A stretch of DNA of 35,233 nt, taken from assembly GCA_041308285.1 (NCBI GenBank), contig JBFZBV010000402.1, positions 1-35,233 of the forward strand. The letters are read 5' to 3'. The position numbers were made by a program, and so were the translations under genes. This document shows, piece by piece, positions 33,145-35,233 of this stretch (within the stretch, counting starts at the first letter, position 1; each line of letters opens with the position of its first letter). The DNA comes from Planctomycetota bacterium. GTDB lineage: Bacteria > Planctomycetota > JAKEIC01 > DYIT01. Under the pieces are notes generated by a model, which worked only from the letters and a program-made list of their open reading frames with translations, was not told where the DNA came from and ran no database searches.

Positions 33145-34644
33145 ATGAAAAAGCTCGTCTGCGCACTTTTCGCCGCCGCGGCGCTCGCCGCGGGATGCGG
33201 CCTGTCCGAGCCGGTCACGAGGGGCTCCGACCCGGACATCGCGGCAATCAAGAAGGAGTACTCCTCGCCCAAGGGCTGGAAGGTCCGGGTCGATCCGATT
33301 GAGATGGCCATCGGGACCGAGCCCGGCGAGAAGGAGTGGGTTCTCAAGCTCGACGGGGCGGAAATCCAGAAGAACGTCGTGGAATCCCTCCGCGAGACGG
33401 GAGTGTTCCAGGAAATCTCCGCGGCGGGATCCGAGGCCGAGGCCGACCTCGCGCTCAAGCTCAAGGTGACGGGCGCAATCGGCAGGTTCGAGGGGACCAA
33501 CGGCAACGAAATCCTGCAGCTCCTCGTGTGGTGGGGCTTCTCGTCCCTGCTCGGCTGCCTGGTCGCGGACGAGGACTACAGCGCCTGGATTCAGGTCGAG
33601 GCGACTGTGGCCGACTCGTCCACCGGGGACACGGTCTGGAACTCGTCCTTCAAGCCGAACTTCAGCGGATCGCTCGACCACTACCAGAAGGGCATTGACC
33701 TCTGGGACCTCATACCTCCCGGGACCATCGTCTCGTCGCATGATCCGGACAAGGTCACGGAAAAGCTCCTGCCGCACCTCATGCGCAAGCTCGAGATCGA
33801 CCTCGTGCGGAAGCTCGCCTCGGAAGTGCCGCCCCCGCCGGTCGACGTGGTGGTGGTGATAGGGGCGGACGCGGAGTCGGGCGGCGCGAAGACGTCCCTC
33901 GCCGCTTCAGACGCTAAGCGGTTCGCTAACGCCTTCGGCCGCAACCGTGCGCGCGTCGAGGCGGTCGACCTCACGGGCAAGGCCTCGGACGCCGCCGCGC
34001 TGAAGCAGGCCCTGGCCGCTCTGGCCGCCAGGAAGGAAATCAGCATCCGCGACCTGGTCGTCTACTTCGCCGGGTGCGGATCGCACGCAAAGTCCGCTTC
34101 CGGCGCCGCCGTCCCCGCCCTCGTGCTGTCCGCCAAGGCCGGGAGCGTCTCGACGATTCTCCTGGCGGAGTTCATCGAGTGCGTGAAGGCGATACCCGCC
34201 GAATCGCGGGGCGTAATCCTCGACGCGAGCTTCGAGACCGGCAAGGGGCGGTTCATAGGCTCTGCAGGGGTCCCCGCCGGGCCGGTCGAATTCCCGCATA
34301 TTGATAAAATCGCTTTGCTCTACGCAGGCGGCGCGTCCGAATCCGCGGAAGCCGGCGGGGGGCTTCTCACGTCCTCGCTCGTGAGCCAGGACGTGCTCGG
34401 CGGAGACGCGAACCGCGACGGGAAAGTGGCTTTCGCGGAATACTCCCAGGGATTCGGATTCGGGCTCTCGAGAGCCATCCGCCGAGCCGGCGGCAGCGGG
34501 ACGATGAGCCTCTCCGGCGACGCGGTCCTGTTCAGGGTGCCGAAGACGGCCGACAAGCCGGAGGACAAGCCGTCGGAAACGCCCGACGCCCCCCCCGAAG
34601 ACGAGGGCGAAAAGCCCGCCGATTCGCCGGGGGAGGGGAAGTGA
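33145..34644 (+). CDS. Lipoprotein with a caspase (peptidase C14)-like domain lacking the canonical His/Cys dyad
   Basis: Lipobox LAAGC. VVVVIGAD...ASDAKRFANAF...DLVVYFAGCGSH...RGVILDASFETG follows the caspase-fold spacing, but GHG is replaced by GCGSH and D.C by DAS. A DxNxDG Ca-binding-like motif (DANRDGKVAFAEY) is also present. Confidence 0.55.
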   Translation: MKKLVCALFAAAALAAGCGLSEPVTRGSDPDIAAIKKEYSSPKGWKVRVDPIEMAIGTEPGEKEWVLKLDGAEIQKNVVESLRETGVFQEISAAGSEAEADLALKLKVTGAIGRFEGTNGNEILQLLVWWGFSSLLGCLVADEDYSAWIQVEATVADSSTGDTVWNSSFKPNFSGSLDHYQKGIDLWDLIPPGTIVSSHDPDKVTEKLLPHLMRKLEIDLVRKLASEVPPPPVDVVVVIGADAESGGAKTSLAASDAKRFANAFGRNRARVEAVDLTGKASDAAALKQALAALAARKEISIRDLVVYFAGCGSHAKSASGAAVPALVLSAKAGSVSTILLAEFIECVKAIPAESRGVILDASFETGKGRFIGSAGVPAGPVEFPHIDKIALLYAGGASESAEAGGGLLTSSLVSQDVLGGDANRDGKVAFAEYSQGFGFGLSRAIRRAGGSGTMSLSGDAVLFRVPKTADKPEDKPSETPDAPPEDEGEKPADSPGEGK

Positions 34645-34705
34645 TTGAAAGCCCGGGAGGGCGAGCCTCCCGGCGAGCCACTAGGCTGAATTCAAGGACT
34701 TGCTG

Positions 34706-35233
34706 ATGGACAAGGGAAGAACATCCAAAGGCGGGCGCGAACCCGATGCGAGACACTCGGATCCGCGCATCCGGGCAGTGCTCGCAATTTCGGCTGCCTT
34801 CATGCTGGCCATGTCTTCCGGCTGCGGGTTCATCGGGATCATACCGCTGGCCGCCGGAATCGGCATAGGCCTTTCCGCAGGCGGCGAGGACAAGGAGGTG
34901 GAGGAACCCGAGCCTACTGATCCCTTGGTATCCGGGGTATCCCCGGGCGTCGGATTGGCCTCGGGCGGCACGACAGTGGACGTCTACGGGAAGCGTTTCC
35001 AGAGCACGGCCACGGTCAGGTTCGGATCGGACAACGCCGCGAGCCACGTCTACCACTCGTCCACGTGGATTACGTGCACGACGCCTTCCCACGCGGAAGG
35101 CACGGTCGACGTGGTGGTGCTGCATCTGGACGGCCAGTCGGGAACGCTCGCCGGAGCGTTCAGGTTCGACGGCAGCCCTCCGGCGGACGTCACGTCGTTT
35201 TCCGCGAGCTTTTCGGGATCCGACATAAATGTG
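34706..35233 (+). CDS. IPT/TIG-domain protein, 5' partial (runs off the right edge)
   Basis: MDKGRTSK..., an anchor/lipobox (AFMLAMSSGC), then VSGVSPGVGLASGGTTVDVYGKRFQSTATVRFG...WITCTTPSHAEGTVDVVV, typical of IPT/TIG. It is open to the end of the window and is not in the ORF track because it has no stop. Confidence 0.65.
   Translation, partial: MDKGRTSKGGREPDARHSDPRIRAVLAISAAFMLAMSSGCGFIGIIPLAAGIGIGLSAGGEDKEVEEPEPTDPLVSGVSPGVGLASGGTTVDVYGKRFQSTATVRFGSDNAASHVYHSSTWITCTTPSHAEGTVDVVVLHLDGQSGTLAGAFRFDGSPPADVTSFSASFSGSDINV

Overview
High-GC bacterial chromosomal segment from a diderm (lipoprotein signal peptides, TolC/RND tripartite pump), coding almost entirely on the + strand. All family calls come from motif recognition by eye; no searches were run.

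Layout, left to right:
- 1-2.6 kb: ArsR-type regulator with an apparently frameshifted Cys-rich tail, a cupin, and an ABC-2 exporter pair.
- 2.6-11.2 kb: metal-stress module. It holds an ECF sigma factor, a decayed AAA-ATPase remnant, a zf-HC2 anti-sigma, a Spy/CpxP-like periplasmic metal sensor with a Cys tail, an exported metallothionein-like protein (18 Cys), and an OMF-MFP-RND efflux pump.
- 11.2-17.3 kb: ArsR, COG0701 permease and small thioredoxin, followed by an octahaem cytochrome c fused to a membrane domain, a DGC-domain protein and a DUF169 remnant.
- 17.3-18.7 kb: lower-GC decayed patch with an IS200-like Y1 (RAYT-type) transposase flanked by 18-bp inverted repeats.
- 18.8-22.8 kb: arsR-arsM-acr3 coupled to two c-type cytochrome lipoproteins.
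- 22.8-23.3 kb: structured, repeat-rich intergenic region.
- 23.3-35.2 kb: TPR-redoxin, FabG-like SDR, crotonase, small membrane protein, Lon-like protease, a Ser/Thr kinase-FGE fusion, a caspase-like lipoprotein and a partial IPT/TIG protein.

Most interesting signal: two cytochrome ORFs are each interrupted by an in-frame TGA (14021 and 22622). Each TGA is followed, 14 or 13 nt later, by a perfect 8-bp hairpin with the same AGTT tetraloop. I found no other hairpin of this type in the window. This looks like a SECIS-like recoding signal, pointing to candidate selenocysteine or readthrough cytochromes.

Three small repeat families are also present: a 63-nt hairpin pair, the transposase-flanking inverted repeat, and GTAG-plus-palindrome REP-like units. 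No rRNA, tRNA or CRISPR array was found.
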